Positions 42,996-52,913 of a stretch of DNA of 64,000 nt are shown piece by piece (positions within the stretch are counted from its first letter, which is position 1; each line of letters opens with the position of its first letter). The notes under the pieces were generated by a model, which saw only the letters and a list, made by a program, of their open reading frames with translations, had not been told where the DNA came from and did not search any database. The stretch is from the NCBI GenBank assembly GCA_027012135.1, contig JALUZF010000137.1, forward strand, positions 946 to 64,945, written 5' to 3'. The translations under genes and the position numbers were made by a program. Source of the DNA: Gammaproteobacteria bacterium. Lineage in GTDB: Bacteria; Pseudomonadota; Gammaproteobacteria; GRL18.

Positions 42996-45002
42996 TTATA
43001 ACCAGTCATTTAAGGGTATAGGCTTACCCATAAAATAACCCTGTCCGTAAGTAATGCCGATTTTTCTCAGTTCATTGACTTCTTCTTCTGTTTCAACGTA
43101 TTCAGCAACCGTTTCCTGGTTACGCAACTGACTGATATCATAGGTATAACAGATCATTGTGTGATCAAAGGGGTCACTGAGCATGTCCCGTACAAAGCTG
43201 CCGTCAATTTTTACCACATTAAATGGAAGGTATTTCAGATATTCAAAAGAAGCCATACCGGTACCAAAGTCATCCAGGGCAAAGCCAATACCCCTGTCAC
43301 GACAGAAATTAATAAAATCTGTGGCCTGGTTCAGGTTGCCTACAGCAGAAGTTTCGGTAATTTCCATTTCCAGACAGTGCCAGGGAAAATCAAAAGTTTT
43401 AATGGCCAGTTTTAATTTTTCCTGAAACTCGTGGTTATTCAAAGTACCGCCCGCAAGATTTAAATGTACTGAGTGCAGACGTTTAAGATGCTCAGGGTGT
43501 TTGCATACGGTTTCCAGGTAATGCCAGAGCACATACATGTCGATTTCTACCATCATATGATAGCGTTCAGCTACAGAGAGAAAACAGTCAGGAGCCAGAA
43601 ACTGATTGTTACTGTCCCACATACGGATTAACACTTCATAGGATATTTTGTCGTCAGAATATTGTAGTGGCACAATGGGCTGGGCAAAAAGTTCAAAACG
43701 TGCCGGTCCCTGCTGCAGGGCATCCTTAATATAACCGGCAAGAGCAACTTCATTGTCTTTTTGCTCTTTATCATGATCCTGGGGATCATAAATATGCAGT
43801 TTATTTCTACCCAGAGATTTGGCGCTGTAAAAGGTAATATCGGCAATATTAATTAATTCATCCAGCGTGTACTCAAATGGTTTAAACAGGACCAGACCAA
43901 TTGACGCTGAGATAGTGACTGCATTACCTTCCCAGAAAAATCGAAAATCTTTTAAATCTTCAAGCACCTGTTCAGCAAATTGAATGGCGGTTTTACGTTG
44001 GCTACTTTTAAGTAAGAGTAAGAAATCATCGCCGCCGATACGGCCAACTGAGGTGGTTTCACAGCAATGGTTATGAAAATAATGAGCAATCATTTTTAAT
44101 AGTTCATCCCCGGCCGTATGTCCCAGGGAATCATTAATTAGTTTAAACTGGTCAAGATCGATATTGAGCAGAGCGTGATAGTATTCATTATCCAGTGGTG
44201 TTTTTAAAGCGAGAATTATTTCCTGTTCAATGGCATAACGGTTGAACAAACCGGTCAGGCTATCATGACGGCTGCGATAATCCATTAATGCCGCGGTCTT
44301 TTCAATTTTTTCTATCATGGCATTATAGCCGTTAAATAAAGTTTGAATTTCATTTTCTGCCTGAGTTTCTACCGTATTATATTTATTATTATCTACATCA
44401 TTATGCTCTATGGCATTGGCCAGAGCCTGAAAAGGCAGGGTAAATAAACGACTCATTCGCCAGGCAATAATAAGACCTGCAGTCAGTAGTACAGGAAAAA
44501 TTAACAACAGAGTCAGAAAATGTTCTCTTAAACTGGTCTGATACCGTTCGGGGTTGATGACAATAAGCACCTGGCCAAAAACAAAATTATCGGCCTGTAC
44601 TGGCAGTTTTAAGAACAGTCGACCCTCCAGGGAAAAAAACGACTGATCCAGAAGTAGCTTCATGGCTTCTTCTTTACTGATATGTTCAGTATCACCATAA
44701 CTGAATACCGGCTCATTATTTTCGTTATAAAGAACCAGGGCATCAACTGAGGTAAAACCACTTAAACGAAAGGAAATATCAGAAAAGGTATCTGCACCCG
44801 GTAAAACCAGAGCACGCAATAGGTCATTATTCATTGAACGCCCAAGAGTTTCAGCCTGTTCTATAGCAATATTTCTGCGTTCCTGGTGGTCAAAATAGGT
44901 CACCAGGAGCAGAGTAGTCAGCTCAACAATAATCAGTAATAAACTCATAAGTACAATAAGCTGGGTACGGATACTGAGTTTTTTCCAGCTAATCTGCAAC
45001 AT
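42996..45002 (-). CDS. Membrane sensor with degenerate GGDEF (GGDDF) and an EAL phosphodiesterase domain
   Basis: 668 aa. TM, periplasmic domain, TM, HAMP-like. RIGGDDFLLL in place of GG(D/E)EF. EAL domain with YEVLIRM, LDDFGTGMAS, KIDG and QGYF. Confidence 0.9.
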   Translation of the reverse strand: MLQISWKKLSIRTQLIVLMSLLLIIVELTTLLLVTYFDHQERRNIAIEQAETLGRSMNNDLLRALVLPGADTFSDISFRLSGFTSVDALVLYNENNEPVFSYGDTEHISKEEAMKLLLDQSFFSLEGRLFLKLPVQADNFVFGQVLIVINPERYQTSLREHFLTLLLIFPVLLTAGLIIAWRMSRLFTLPFQALANAIEHNDVDNNKYNTVETQAENEIQTLFNGYNAMIEKIEKTAALMDYRSRHDSLTGLFNRYAIEQEIILALKTPLDNEYYHALLNIDLDQFKLINDSLGHTAGDELLKMIAHYFHNHCCETTSVGRIGGDDFLLLLKSSQRKTAIQFAEQVLEDLKDFRFFWEGNAVTISASIGLVLFKPFEYTLDELINIADITFYSAKSLGRNKLHIYDPQDHDKEQKDNEVALAGYIKDALQQGPARFELFAQPIVPLQYSDDKISYEVLIRMWDSNNQFLAPDCFLSVAERYHMMVEIDMYVLWHYLETVCKHPEHLKRLHSVHLNLAGGTLNNHEFQEKLKLAIKTFDFPWHCLEMEITETSAVGNLNQATDFINFCRDRGIGFALDDFGTGMASFEYLKYLPFNVVKIDGSFVRDMLSDPFDHTMICYTYDISQLRNQETVAEYVETEEEVNELRKIGITYGQGYFMGKPIPLNDWL

Positions 45003-45013
45003 AAAAAAACAGC

Positions 45014-45874
45014 TTATTTCTCAATAGGAAGTTTAAAGTCATTGCCCCACTCCTTCCAGGAAGCATCATAATTGGATACATCGTATCCCAGCTCTCGTAG
45101 GGCCAGATAATTAGTGGCTGATACACGGCCTATAGCACAGTAAATAATAACTTTCTTATTTTTGGGGATTATATTGTACAGGCGATTCAGTTCATTAAGC
45201 TGTTTAAGACTGGAAAAACCATCTTCTTTGGCCAGGTTATGTGATGATGGGACATTAATAGCAGTGGGTATATGTCCAAATCGTTTGGCTGTGGATGTTT
45301 TTCCTATATAGGCCGCTTCTGGGCGTGCATCTACAATGACCTGGTTAGTGTTTTTTGTGGCCAGTAAGGTTGTGAATTTGCTGGACAGACGTTTATGATT
45401 AATGGTTGCAATATAGTGACTGGGTATGACTTCGGGAATTTGCTGTGTAACAGGATAGTGTTGGTTAAGCCAGTGATCATAGCCATAATCCAGTACTCTG
45501 ACCTGTTTTATACCATAGACTTCAAGAACCCAGAACAGGCGGGCAGCATCAGCCAGATCGCCGCTGTCATAGACAATAACCGGGCTGTTACTGGTTAAAC
45601 CAAGTCGGCGAAAAATTTTCTGCATAGCCTGCGGAGAAGTGATTTTACCGTTAACCTGCTTGTTTTCGTAACTTAAATCTACAGGGAAATTTAAAGCACC
45701 GGGGATATGGCTGATTTTATAATCTTCAAATGTGCGGCTATCAAGAATAATAAAGGTGCTGTTAGTTAACTTTTTACTTAATTCAGAGGATGATATTCTA
45801 AGTTCAGCAGAATAAGCACAGGTATAAAAAATGCCTAAAATCAGTAGAAGAAAAATACGAAAATAAAAACTCAT
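45014..45874 (-). CDS. Periplasmic tandem-rhodanese sulfurtransferase
   Basis: 286 aa. Signal peptide, two rhodanese domains, and active-site Cys in IIYCAIGRVSATN. 11-nt gap to the downstream GGDDF-EAL gene. Confidence 0.85.
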   Translation of the reverse strand: MSFYFRIFLLLILGIFYTCAYSAELRISSSELSKKLTNSTFIILDSRTFEDYKISHIPGALNFPVDLSYENKQVNGKITSPQAMQKIFRRLGLTSNSPVIVYDSGDLADAARLFWVLEVYGIKQVRVLDYGYDHWLNQHYPVTQQIPEVIPSHYIATINHKRLSSKFTTLLATKNTNQVIVDARPEAAYIGKTSTAKRFGHIPTAINVPSSHNLAKEDGFSSLKQLNELNRLYNIIPKNKKVIIYCAIGRVSATNYLALRELGYDVSNYDASWKEWGNDFKLPIEK

Positions 45875-45969
45875 ACTTAAACCTGTTTAAAGTAATCCGG
45901 TGTGCAATTACCATTACTTGAACATTCGTTTATGAATATCCTTTATAAGCAATAAGTATAGACAATATT

Positions 45970-48900
45970 TCAGAGATTGTTAGCAGACTTAATATGAAAC
46001 AGATGATAAAGTGAAGGGATCACCAGCAAACTCACCAGCATGGAAAAACTCAATCCCCAGACAATAACAACCGCCAGGGGCTGAAGCATTTCGGCACCTT
46101 CACCAAAACCAATGGACAGGGGCAGCATACCCACTACGGTGGTTATGCTGGTCATTAAAATCGGGCGCAGTCTTAAACGCGCAGCATGAGTGATGGCCGG
46201 TACCAGAGCCAGACCACGGTTTCGTTCCAGTTCAATCTGTTCCACCAGGACAATGGCATTATTAACCACAATACCGGCCAGCATAATCAGGCCCAGCCAG
46301 ACCGGCATGGAAACCGGCAATTCTCTAAAGTACAGCCCACCGGCGACACCAATGATCATAAAGGGAATGCCCAGCAGGATCACCAGCGGATTCTTTAACG
46401 ATTCATATTGAACTGCCATGACTACAAATACCAGGAAGATGGCCAGAGCAAATAATATCAGGCTCATATCACGGCCTTCCTTAATTTCCTTATTGGCACC
46501 GCCGTCATACAGATAATAGCCTTCGGGTAAGGGGAAATCTTTAAGCGTCTGTTCAATCTGGGTCATTACGGCCAGCAGATCATCATCGTTAACCAGGTTG
46601 GCCGTCACTTCAACAATACGCTGCTGATTATCCCGTTCAATAACCGAAGGAGAGGCTGAAAACTGTAGTTTGGCTACGTCATTGATATACACGGGCTGGC
46701 CGTTATGATGTTTAATTAGAATGTGTTTTAAGTCATCATTGGATAAGATTTCTGAGCGGGGCAGGCGCAGACGGATATTGTATTCCCGGTCACCTTCAAT
46801 AAAATCAGATATCACAATACCGTCCAGGGCCACCTTTAAGGCATGGCCTATGTCCCTGGCATTGACACCCAGATCAGCGGCCCGCTTGCGGCGGATCTTT
46901 ATTTTTAACTCCTTATGGGTTTCCTCGTAGGTCTGCTTCAGGTTTCTTAACCCGGGTACAGAGCGGAGTTTATCAACCAGCTGGTTGCCGATATCATTGA
47001 GTACCTGCAGGTTTTCACCCTGTACTCGCAGGCTTATTTTTTCATCGCTTTTACCCAGGCGTACACCGCGTACACCGCGTACAAACATTCGTGTCTTAAT
47101 GCCCACCAGGTTCAGTTTATTGATTTGGGGTTTGATCATAGCGATCCACTGCTGGGCACTCAGGCTGCGCTGTGAGGATGGTAGCAGCTGGATCTTGATG
47201 GAACTGCTGTTGCTGCTTTCACGTTGTGAACGGCCGAAGATACTGCCGCCAATGGTACTGAAAACGGTAACGACATCCTTGTTATCCAGCAGCAGGTTTT
47301 CAATTTTGTTGACCACGTCATCCATTTCATCCAGGCGCATGCCAGGTTCACCGGATATGCTCAGATAAATTCGTCCTTCATCAATCTGCGGCAGAAAGAT
47401 CTGTTTTTCATTGATAATATACTGGCCGCTGAAATATAAGGCCGGTATTAAAATAATAAACGGCAGCCAGGAATGGCGCACGATAAAGCTTACACTGCGC
47501 TCATAACTGTCGGCAATGAAAGTAAACAGGCGCAAGGGGCGGCGAGCTTGAACCGGTTTCAAACGGGCTGCAAGACTTGGTACCAGGGTGAGCGATACCA
47601 GCATGGAGGAAATAATGGCTGCCGAAATGGTAATGATCAGCTCCTGAAATAACAGGCCTACCAGACCGCCCATAAACAGGAAGGGAAGTACCGCAGCCAG
47701 ATTTGTGCTGGTAGAAGCCACAATGGCGCTGTTTACCTCCTTGGCGGCTAATAGTGCAGAGGTGGTATTATTTTCAAAATCGTCATTTTCTGATTTCTGT
47801 AATGACTGCTGCTGATGCCGGGAAATGTTTTCCAGCATGACAATAGTACTGTCTACAAGCATACCAATGCCCAGAGCCAGACCGCCCAGGGTCATAATAT
47901 TCAGGGTCAGTCCGGTGACTTCCATAATTATAAAAGTAATAACAATGGCCAGTGGAATAGCACTGCCGATGATCAGGGTGCGGCGTAAATCACCCAGAAA
48001 AAGATACACCACCAGCATGGCCAGGATGGCGCCGGAAAGGGCCGCACGGGCGGCATTATTTAATGCGTGTTTAATAAATACCGCCTGATCATCCACAGCG
48101 GTAATATCAATATCTTCAGGTACTAACTGGTCGTTCTGTAACTGGACAATGCGCTGGTGTACGGCATCCACGACTTTAATGGTATTGGCCTGGGGCTGTT
48201 TCTGAACGGAAAGCTTAACCCCTTCCATACCGTTGAGCCGGATCCGTACCCGTTCATCTTCATGGGTGTCCAGAACCGTTGCAACTTCGTCCAGTTTAAC
48301 GGTATCTTCTATACGCCGGCTGGCTGATCCGGAAAGGGGTAATTGCCTTAATTCCTGCAGTGATTCAAAACGGGCTTCAGTGCGGGTGCTTAATTCATCG
48401 GAGACGGTATAGATGCGTCCGGCGGCAATGTCCTGGTTTTCCGTTTCCAGAATGGTTTCCAGGTCTTTAAAACTTAAATGATGCGAGGCCAGGCGCTGCT
48501 GATCCACCAGCACCTGAATTTCCCGTACCAGTCCGCCGCCCACTTCCGTGGAAGCAATACCGGGCAGGTTAATAAACCATTTGCTGAGCTGATAATCGAC
48601 ATAACTTCTCAAATCTACCGGTGAGCGGCGGTTGGAGCTGACAATAAATTCAATAACCGGGATCTGGGACGGATCACGTTTGTAAATAATGGGCGGTTCA
48701 ATACTATCGGGTAAGAATCGTTTGGCCCGATCCAGACGGTTACTGGCATCACGCAGGGCAATGTCAATATCGGTACCATAGGGGAAGCTTAAATCAACTG
48801 AGCTGCGGCTTTCCGTAGTACGGGACTGTACTGAAATGGCACCTTCGGTAATGGCCAGCTGTTCTTCCAGCTGGCGGGTCACCTTGTCTTCCATGATGGT

Positions 48901-49101
48901 CGCCGGAACACCGGGATCCACGACTCGAACCCGGACATCGGGGTAAATAATATCCGGTAACAGGTTTACGCCCAGACGCTGGTACATAAAAATGCCCAGC
49001 ACCAGCAGAGCCAGGGCAATCATAGTTACGCCAATGGGATGGCGTATTGACCAGGCTGCGATATTGCTGGTGGTCTGTAAGGGCTTCAGCGGTCGCTTCA
49101 T
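45970..49101 (-). CDS. RND (AcrB/HAE-type) efflux transporter
   Basis: 1043 aa with the typical 12-TM / two-large-loop organisation. 4-bp overlap with the MFP gene. Confidence 0.95.
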   Translation of the reverse strand: MKRPLKPLQTTSNIAAWSIRHPIGVTMIALALLVLGIFMYQRLGVNLLPDIIYPDVRVRVVDPGVPATIMEDKVTRQLEEQLAITEGAISVQSRTTESRSSVDLSFPYGTDIDIALRDASNRLDRAKRFLPDSIEPPIIYKRDPSQIPVIEFIVSSNRRSPVDLRSYVDYQLSKWFINLPGIASTEVGGGLVREIQVLVDQQRLASHHLSFKDLETILETENQDIAAGRIYTVSDELSTRTEARFESLQELRQLPLSGSASRRIEDTVKLDEVATVLDTHEDERVRIRLNGMEGVKLSVQKQPQANTIKVVDAVHQRIVQLQNDQLVPEDIDITAVDDQAVFIKHALNNAARAALSGAILAMLVVYLFLGDLRRTLIIGSAIPLAIVITFIIMEVTGLTLNIMTLGGLALGIGMLVDSTIVMLENISRHQQQSLQKSENDDFENNTTSALLAAKEVNSAIVASTSTNLAAVLPFLFMGGLVGLLFQELIITISAAIISSMLVSLTLVPSLAARLKPVQARRPLRLFTFIADSYERSVSFIVRHSWLPFIILIPALYFSGQYIINEKQIFLPQIDEGRIYLSISGEPGMRLDEMDDVVNKIENLLLDNKDVVTVFSTIGGSIFGRSQRESSNSSSIKIQLLPSSQRSLSAQQWIAMIKPQINKLNLVGIKTRMFVRGVRGVRLGKSDEKISLRVQGENLQVLNDIGNQLVDKLRSVPGLRNLKQTYEETHKELKIKIRRKRAADLGVNARDIGHALKVALDGIVISDFIEGDREYNIRLRLPRSEILSNDDLKHILIKHHNGQPVYINDVAKLQFSASPSVIERDNQQRIVEVTANLVNDDDLLAVMTQIEQTLKDFPLPEGYYLYDGGANKEIKEGRDMSLILFALAIFLVFVVMAVQYESLKNPLVILLGIPFMIIGVAGGLYFRELPVSMPVWLGLIMLAGIVVNNAIVLVEQIELERNRGLALVPAITHAARLRLRPILMTSITTVVGMLPLSIGFGEGAEMLQPLAVVIVWGLSFSMLVSLLVIPSLYHLFHIKSANNL

Positions 49102-50153
49102 AGAGGATTAACTTTCCTGCCCGGGTGTAAGCCGAACAGCCCCTTTGTGATCACGGTATCACCTTCTTTCAGACCTTCCAGTACTTCTATCAGCAGCGGG
49201 TATTTTTTCCCGGTACGGATATTCCTGCGTTCCACCGTCTGATCGGCCCTGAGAAGATAAACCCAGGCACCTTTCTGATCATAGCGAACAGCCGATACCG
49301 GGATCACCAGGACATCTTCTTTAGGGGTAAATAAATGAATACGGGCCAGCTGACCGGCTTTGGCACCTTCAGGCACCGGGTTAAGACTGGCTTCAATGGT
49401 TCCCTTGCGGGTATCGGGGTTAATTTGCGGGTAAATGCGTAATACTTTGCCGTTCCAGACAGTTGTTCCCAGGGCATCAATAATAAAATGAATACTGTCA
49501 CCCTGCTGGATACGGCTTAAATAAAGTTCAGATACCGCTACTTTAACAATCAGGGCAGAGGTATCAATCAGACTTAAAAAATGGGTATGCAGGGGCAGTA
49601 CATCACCGGGTTCAGCCTTGCGTTCACTGATAATACCATCCCAGGGTGCATTAATACGGGTATAGCTGAGGCGTTTTTTCTGTAAATTAAATTCTGCAGT
49701 ATCCAGCAGTACCTTCGTTTTAGCGCGGGTCAGCAGTTCTTTGGAGGTCAGATTGCTGCGCGCCAGTTTTTCCAGGCGGGCATAATCGAGTTTAGACTGT
49801 TTTAAAGTGGCTTCCGCCTTATTGTACTCAGCCCGGACAATAGTATCATCAAGGCGGGCCAGTAGTTGCCCTTTTTTTACCCGATCACCCTCCCGAAAGG
49901 GCAGTTCCACTAACAGACCCTGAACCTGATTGTAAAAGCGTACCGTACGCATGGGTTCCAGGGTGCCGGTTACTATAATTTTATGGTTAAGCTGTTCCCG
50001 TTTAGCCTGGGTGATTTCCACATTGGGCAGAGTCTTGCTGTGTTTTTTGCTGGCAGGCGGCTGCTCATCACAGCCGGTTAACAGCAGAGTAGTTAACAGG
50101 CTCAAAATAAGGCCAAAAGCGTAAAAAATTCGAGGGGGGGTTATTACCGTCAT
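49098..50153 (-). CDS. RND periplasmic adaptor (membrane fusion protein), lipoprotein
   Basis: 351 aa. Lipobox LLTG-C and HlyD/MFP-like coiled-coil and barrel segments. Confidence 0.9.
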   Translation of the reverse strand: MTVITPPRIFYAFGLILSLLTTLLLTGCDEQPPASKKHSKTLPNVEITQAKREQLNHKIIVTGTLEPMRTVRFYNQVQGLLVELPFREGDRVKKGQLLARLDDTIVRAEYNKAEATLKQSKLDYARLEKLARSNLTSKELLTRAKTKVLLDTAEFNLQKKRLSYTRINAPWDGIISERKAEPGDVLPLHTHFLSLIDTSALIVKVAVSELYLSRIQQGDSIHFIIDALGTTVWNGKVLRIYPQINPDTRKGTIEASLNPVPEGAKAGQLARIHLFTPKEDVLVIPVSAVRYDQKGAWVYLLRADQTVERRNIRTGKKYPLLIEVLEGLKEGDTVITKGLFGLHPGRKVNPL

Positions 50154-50166
50154 ATTATTCTTTTTT

Positions 50167-50347
50167 GTAACTACTCAGCGTATTCATCTTTTGTACCGCT
50201 CTTGTAGGTAAGAGATGCGTTATTTTCGTACTCAAATGGTCGCGTATTGATATACGCTCACATTTTCCGTGCGCCTCTTGAGGTAGCGAAGCTATTGTGC
50301 CTTGAACTGGCACAAAATCTAAACACGCTGAGCAGCTACTCTTTTTA
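50167..50347 (+). other. Inverted-repeat-closed ~173-nt element with a trailing T-run, upstream of the ABC exporter
   Basis: gtaactactcagcgt (50167-81) pairs 13 of 15 with acgctgagcagctac (50325-39), followed by cttttt. It contains an internal 7-bp hairpin, ttgtgcc/ttgaact/ggcacaa, and two loosely similar half-units. Confidence 0.4.
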
Positions 50348-50439
50348 TTAATGGGCAGAAATTTGAAGCGTATTGAAACTATTACCTTTTATCTCTTAAT
50401 TGATTAGAATACCCGCTTTCTGTCTGATAAAGCAATACT

Positions 50440-52224
50440 ATGGCTATACGTACCCGTTATACCGATGCTCCGCATAAAAATCGTCACGATCTGGCGAATC
50501 TTCGGCGTATTGTACCATTTTTATGGGAATACAAAGGCCGGGTTATTATTGCCCTGAGTTTTCTGATCCTGGCCAAAGTGGCCACGGTCGGTGTGCCGCT
50601 GGTGTTAAAGCAGATTGTGGATGCGCTGGACCCCCGTTCTCTGCAGCTGGTGCTGCCGGTTACCCTGCTGCTGGCCTATGGTGCGCTGCGCCTGGCCAAT
50701 GTACTGTTCAGTGAACTGCGTGACACGATTTTCGCACGGGTTCGTTACCATGCTATGCGCAAGCTCTCACGCAAGGTGCTCAGTCACCTGTATTCACTGT
50801 CCCTGCAGTTTCATCTGGAACGCAGAACTGGCGGTATTTCCAGAGATCTGGAGCGGGGTACCAGGGCGGTTTCCAGTATTATGAACTACCTGGTATTTAA
50901 TATTATCCCCACTATTGCTGAATTCTCTCTGGTAGCGGTTTTACTGCTGGGGGATTACGATATTCGATTTACCATCGTTACCTTCAGTACTGTGCTGGTT
51001 TATATTGTGTTTACCCTGTCAGTGACCAACTGGCGCATGCATATCCGCCACCGTATGAACCGTCTGGATTCACTGGCTAATTCCATGGCGGTGGATGGGC
51101 TGATAAATTATGAAACGGTTAAGTATTTTAATAATGATAATTACGAGCTGGACCGTTATGACCATACCCTGAATGAATGGGAAGATTCGGCGGTAAAAAG
51201 CCAGGCGTCCATGTCGCTGCTTAATTTTGGTCAGGGCAGTATTATTGCTATCGGTGTCACCCTGATGATGTTTCTGGCAACGGAAGGGGTAGTGGAAGGT
51301 GAAATGACTATCGGTGATCTGGTGCTGGTTAATGCCCTGATGCTGCAATTGTTTATCCCGCTGAATTTTTTAGGCATTATCTACCGTTCCATGATGCATT
51401 CGCTGGCGGATATCGATCTGATGTTCGGTCTGCTGGATAAAAAAAGTGATGTGGTGGATGCACCGGATGCCGGTGAACTGACCGTCAGTGAAGGCGTTGT
51501 TCAGTTTGACAGGGTCAATTTTGGTTACCAGACAGAGCGGCAGATCCTGCATGATGTCAGTTTTACCATTCCTGCCGGCAAAAAGCTGGCTATTGTCGGC
51601 CCCTCGGGTGCCGGTAAATCGACCATTTCACGATTATTATTTCGTTTTTATGATGTCAGCAGCGGTCGTATCACGATTGACGGACAGGATATCAGCAAGG
51701 TTACTCAAACCAGTTTGCGCCGGGCTGTGGGTATTGTGCCGCAGGATACGGTGCTGTTTAATGAAAGTATTTACCATAATATTGTTTATGCCCATCCTGA
51801 TGCAAGCCGGGAAGACGTTTACAGAGCGGCTAGAATGGCCAATATTCATGATTTTATTATGCAGCTGCCCTCCGGTTATGACACTATTGTGGGAGAGCGC
51901 GGGCTTAAACTGTCCGGCGGAGAAAAACAGCGGGTGGCTATTGCCCGGGTTATTTTAAAAAATCCGGCCATCCTGATTTTTGATGAAGCCACCTCATCTC
52001 TGGATTCGCACTCGGAACAGCTGATTTTATCGGCTCTTAATGAGGTGGCTCAGCAGCATACTACGCTAGTGATTGCCCATCGTCTGTCCACTATTGCTGA
52101 TGCCGATAATATCCTGGTACTGGAACAGGGACGGGTGAAAGAGCAGGGCACTCATCAGCAATTGCTGGCACAGCAGGGCCTGTATTATACTTTATGGAAT
52201 CTGCAATTACAGGAAAAAGACTAA
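50440..52224 (+). CDS. Atm1/ABCB7-HMT1-type ABC exporter (fused TMD-NBD)
   Basis: 594 aa. Six-TM domain, Walker A GPSGAGKST, signature LSGGEKQR, Walker B ILIFDEATSSLD. Confidence 0.85.
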   Translation: MAIRTRYTDAPHKNRHDLANLRRIVPFLWEYKGRVIIALSFLILAKVATVGVPLVLKQIVDALDPRSLQLVLPVTLLLAYGALRLANVLFSELRDTIFARVRYHAMRKLSRKVLSHLYSLSLQFHLERRTGGISRDLERGTRAVSSIMNYLVFNIIPTIAEFSLVAVLLLGDYDIRFTIVTFSTVLVYIVFTLSVTNWRMHIRHRMNRLDSLANSMAVDGLINYETVKYFNNDNYELDRYDHTLNEWEDSAVKSQASMSLLNFGQGSIIAIGVTLMMFLATEGVVEGEMTIGDLVLVNALMLQLFIPLNFLGIIYRSMMHSLADIDLMFGLLDKKSDVVDAPDAGELTVSEGVVQFDRVNFGYQTERQILHDVSFTIPAGKKLAIVGPSGAGKSTISRLLFRFYDVSSGRITIDGQDISKVTQTSLRRAVGIVPQDTVLFNESIYHNIVYAHPDASREDVYRAARMANIHDFIMQLPSGYDTIVGERGLKLSGGEKQRVAIARVILKNPAILIFDEATSSLDSHSEQLILSALNEVAQQHTTLVIAHRLSTIADADNILVLEQGRVKEQGTHQQLLAQQGLYYTLWNLQLQEKD

Positions 52225-52228
52225 ACCC

Positions 52229-52597
52229 ATGAATAAACAATTGCTTGCGGTAGTAGAGCAGGGTGGTTACCCGGATTTTACAGCGCTTTATGAATCATTA
52301 GGCTATCGTGTGGAAACCGTCAGTACACCGCGTAAGGCCAATAGTTTTTTAAAGAAAAACCCGGTACACATGCTGGTGTGTGAGTTTAATTTCCAGACCG
52401 ATTTTCGTGACCGAACCAGTTCCCTGGAGTCTATTCTGGCCAGTGTCCAGCATCAAACCGACATTAAAGTGGTGGTGTTTCTTGATGCCGGCAATACCGA
52501 GCGGTTTGAACGGGTCAGTTCCCGCTTTCCCATACATAAGACCCTGGTGTTTCCTTTTGATGAGGAGCAACTGCGCCAGGCAGTGACTATTGATTAA
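52229..52597 (+). CDS. Hypothetical protein, possible degenerate receiver (pseudo-REC) domain
   Basis: 122 aa with an alternating beta/alpha pattern like CheY, but the phospho-acceptor position reads LVCEFNF (Glu instead of Asp). 4-nt gap after the ABC gene. Confidence 0.45.
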   Translation: MNKQLLAVVEQGGYPDFTALYESLGYRVETVSTPRKANSFLKKNPVHMLVCEFNFQTDFRDRTSSLESILASVQHQTDIKVVVFLDAGNTERFERVSSRFPIHKTLVFPFDEEQLRQAVTID

Positions 52598-52638
52598 CCA
52601 ACTGACTAATTGAAATATACAGGAAAAATAAACAGATT

Positions 52639-52896
52639 ATGAGCAAAGTAAAAATATACAGTACCGGCACCTGCCCCATGTGTACCCGGGCCAAGGGCTT
52701 AATGACCAAATGGGGTATTGATTATGAAGAAGTAAGGGTGGATCAGGATAGAGCCGGACTGATTGAAATGTCCAGGGTCACCAATGGAGCCCGTACTGTC
52801 CCACAGATCACCATTAATGATAAATGGATCGGCAGTTTAACCGAGCTGACAGAACTGCATATGGACGGTGAGCTGGATCACTTAATGGAAGAATAG
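52639..52896 (+). CDS. Glutaredoxin
   Basis: 85 aa. Active site CPMC, TVPQI motif, typical length. Confidence 0.85.
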   Translation: MSKVKIYSTGTCPMCTRAKGLMTKWGIDYEEVRVDQDRAGLIEMSRVTNGARTVPQITINDKWIGSLTELTELHMDGELDHLMEE

Positions 52897-52913
52897 GGTT
52901 TTTAAGGCAAACA

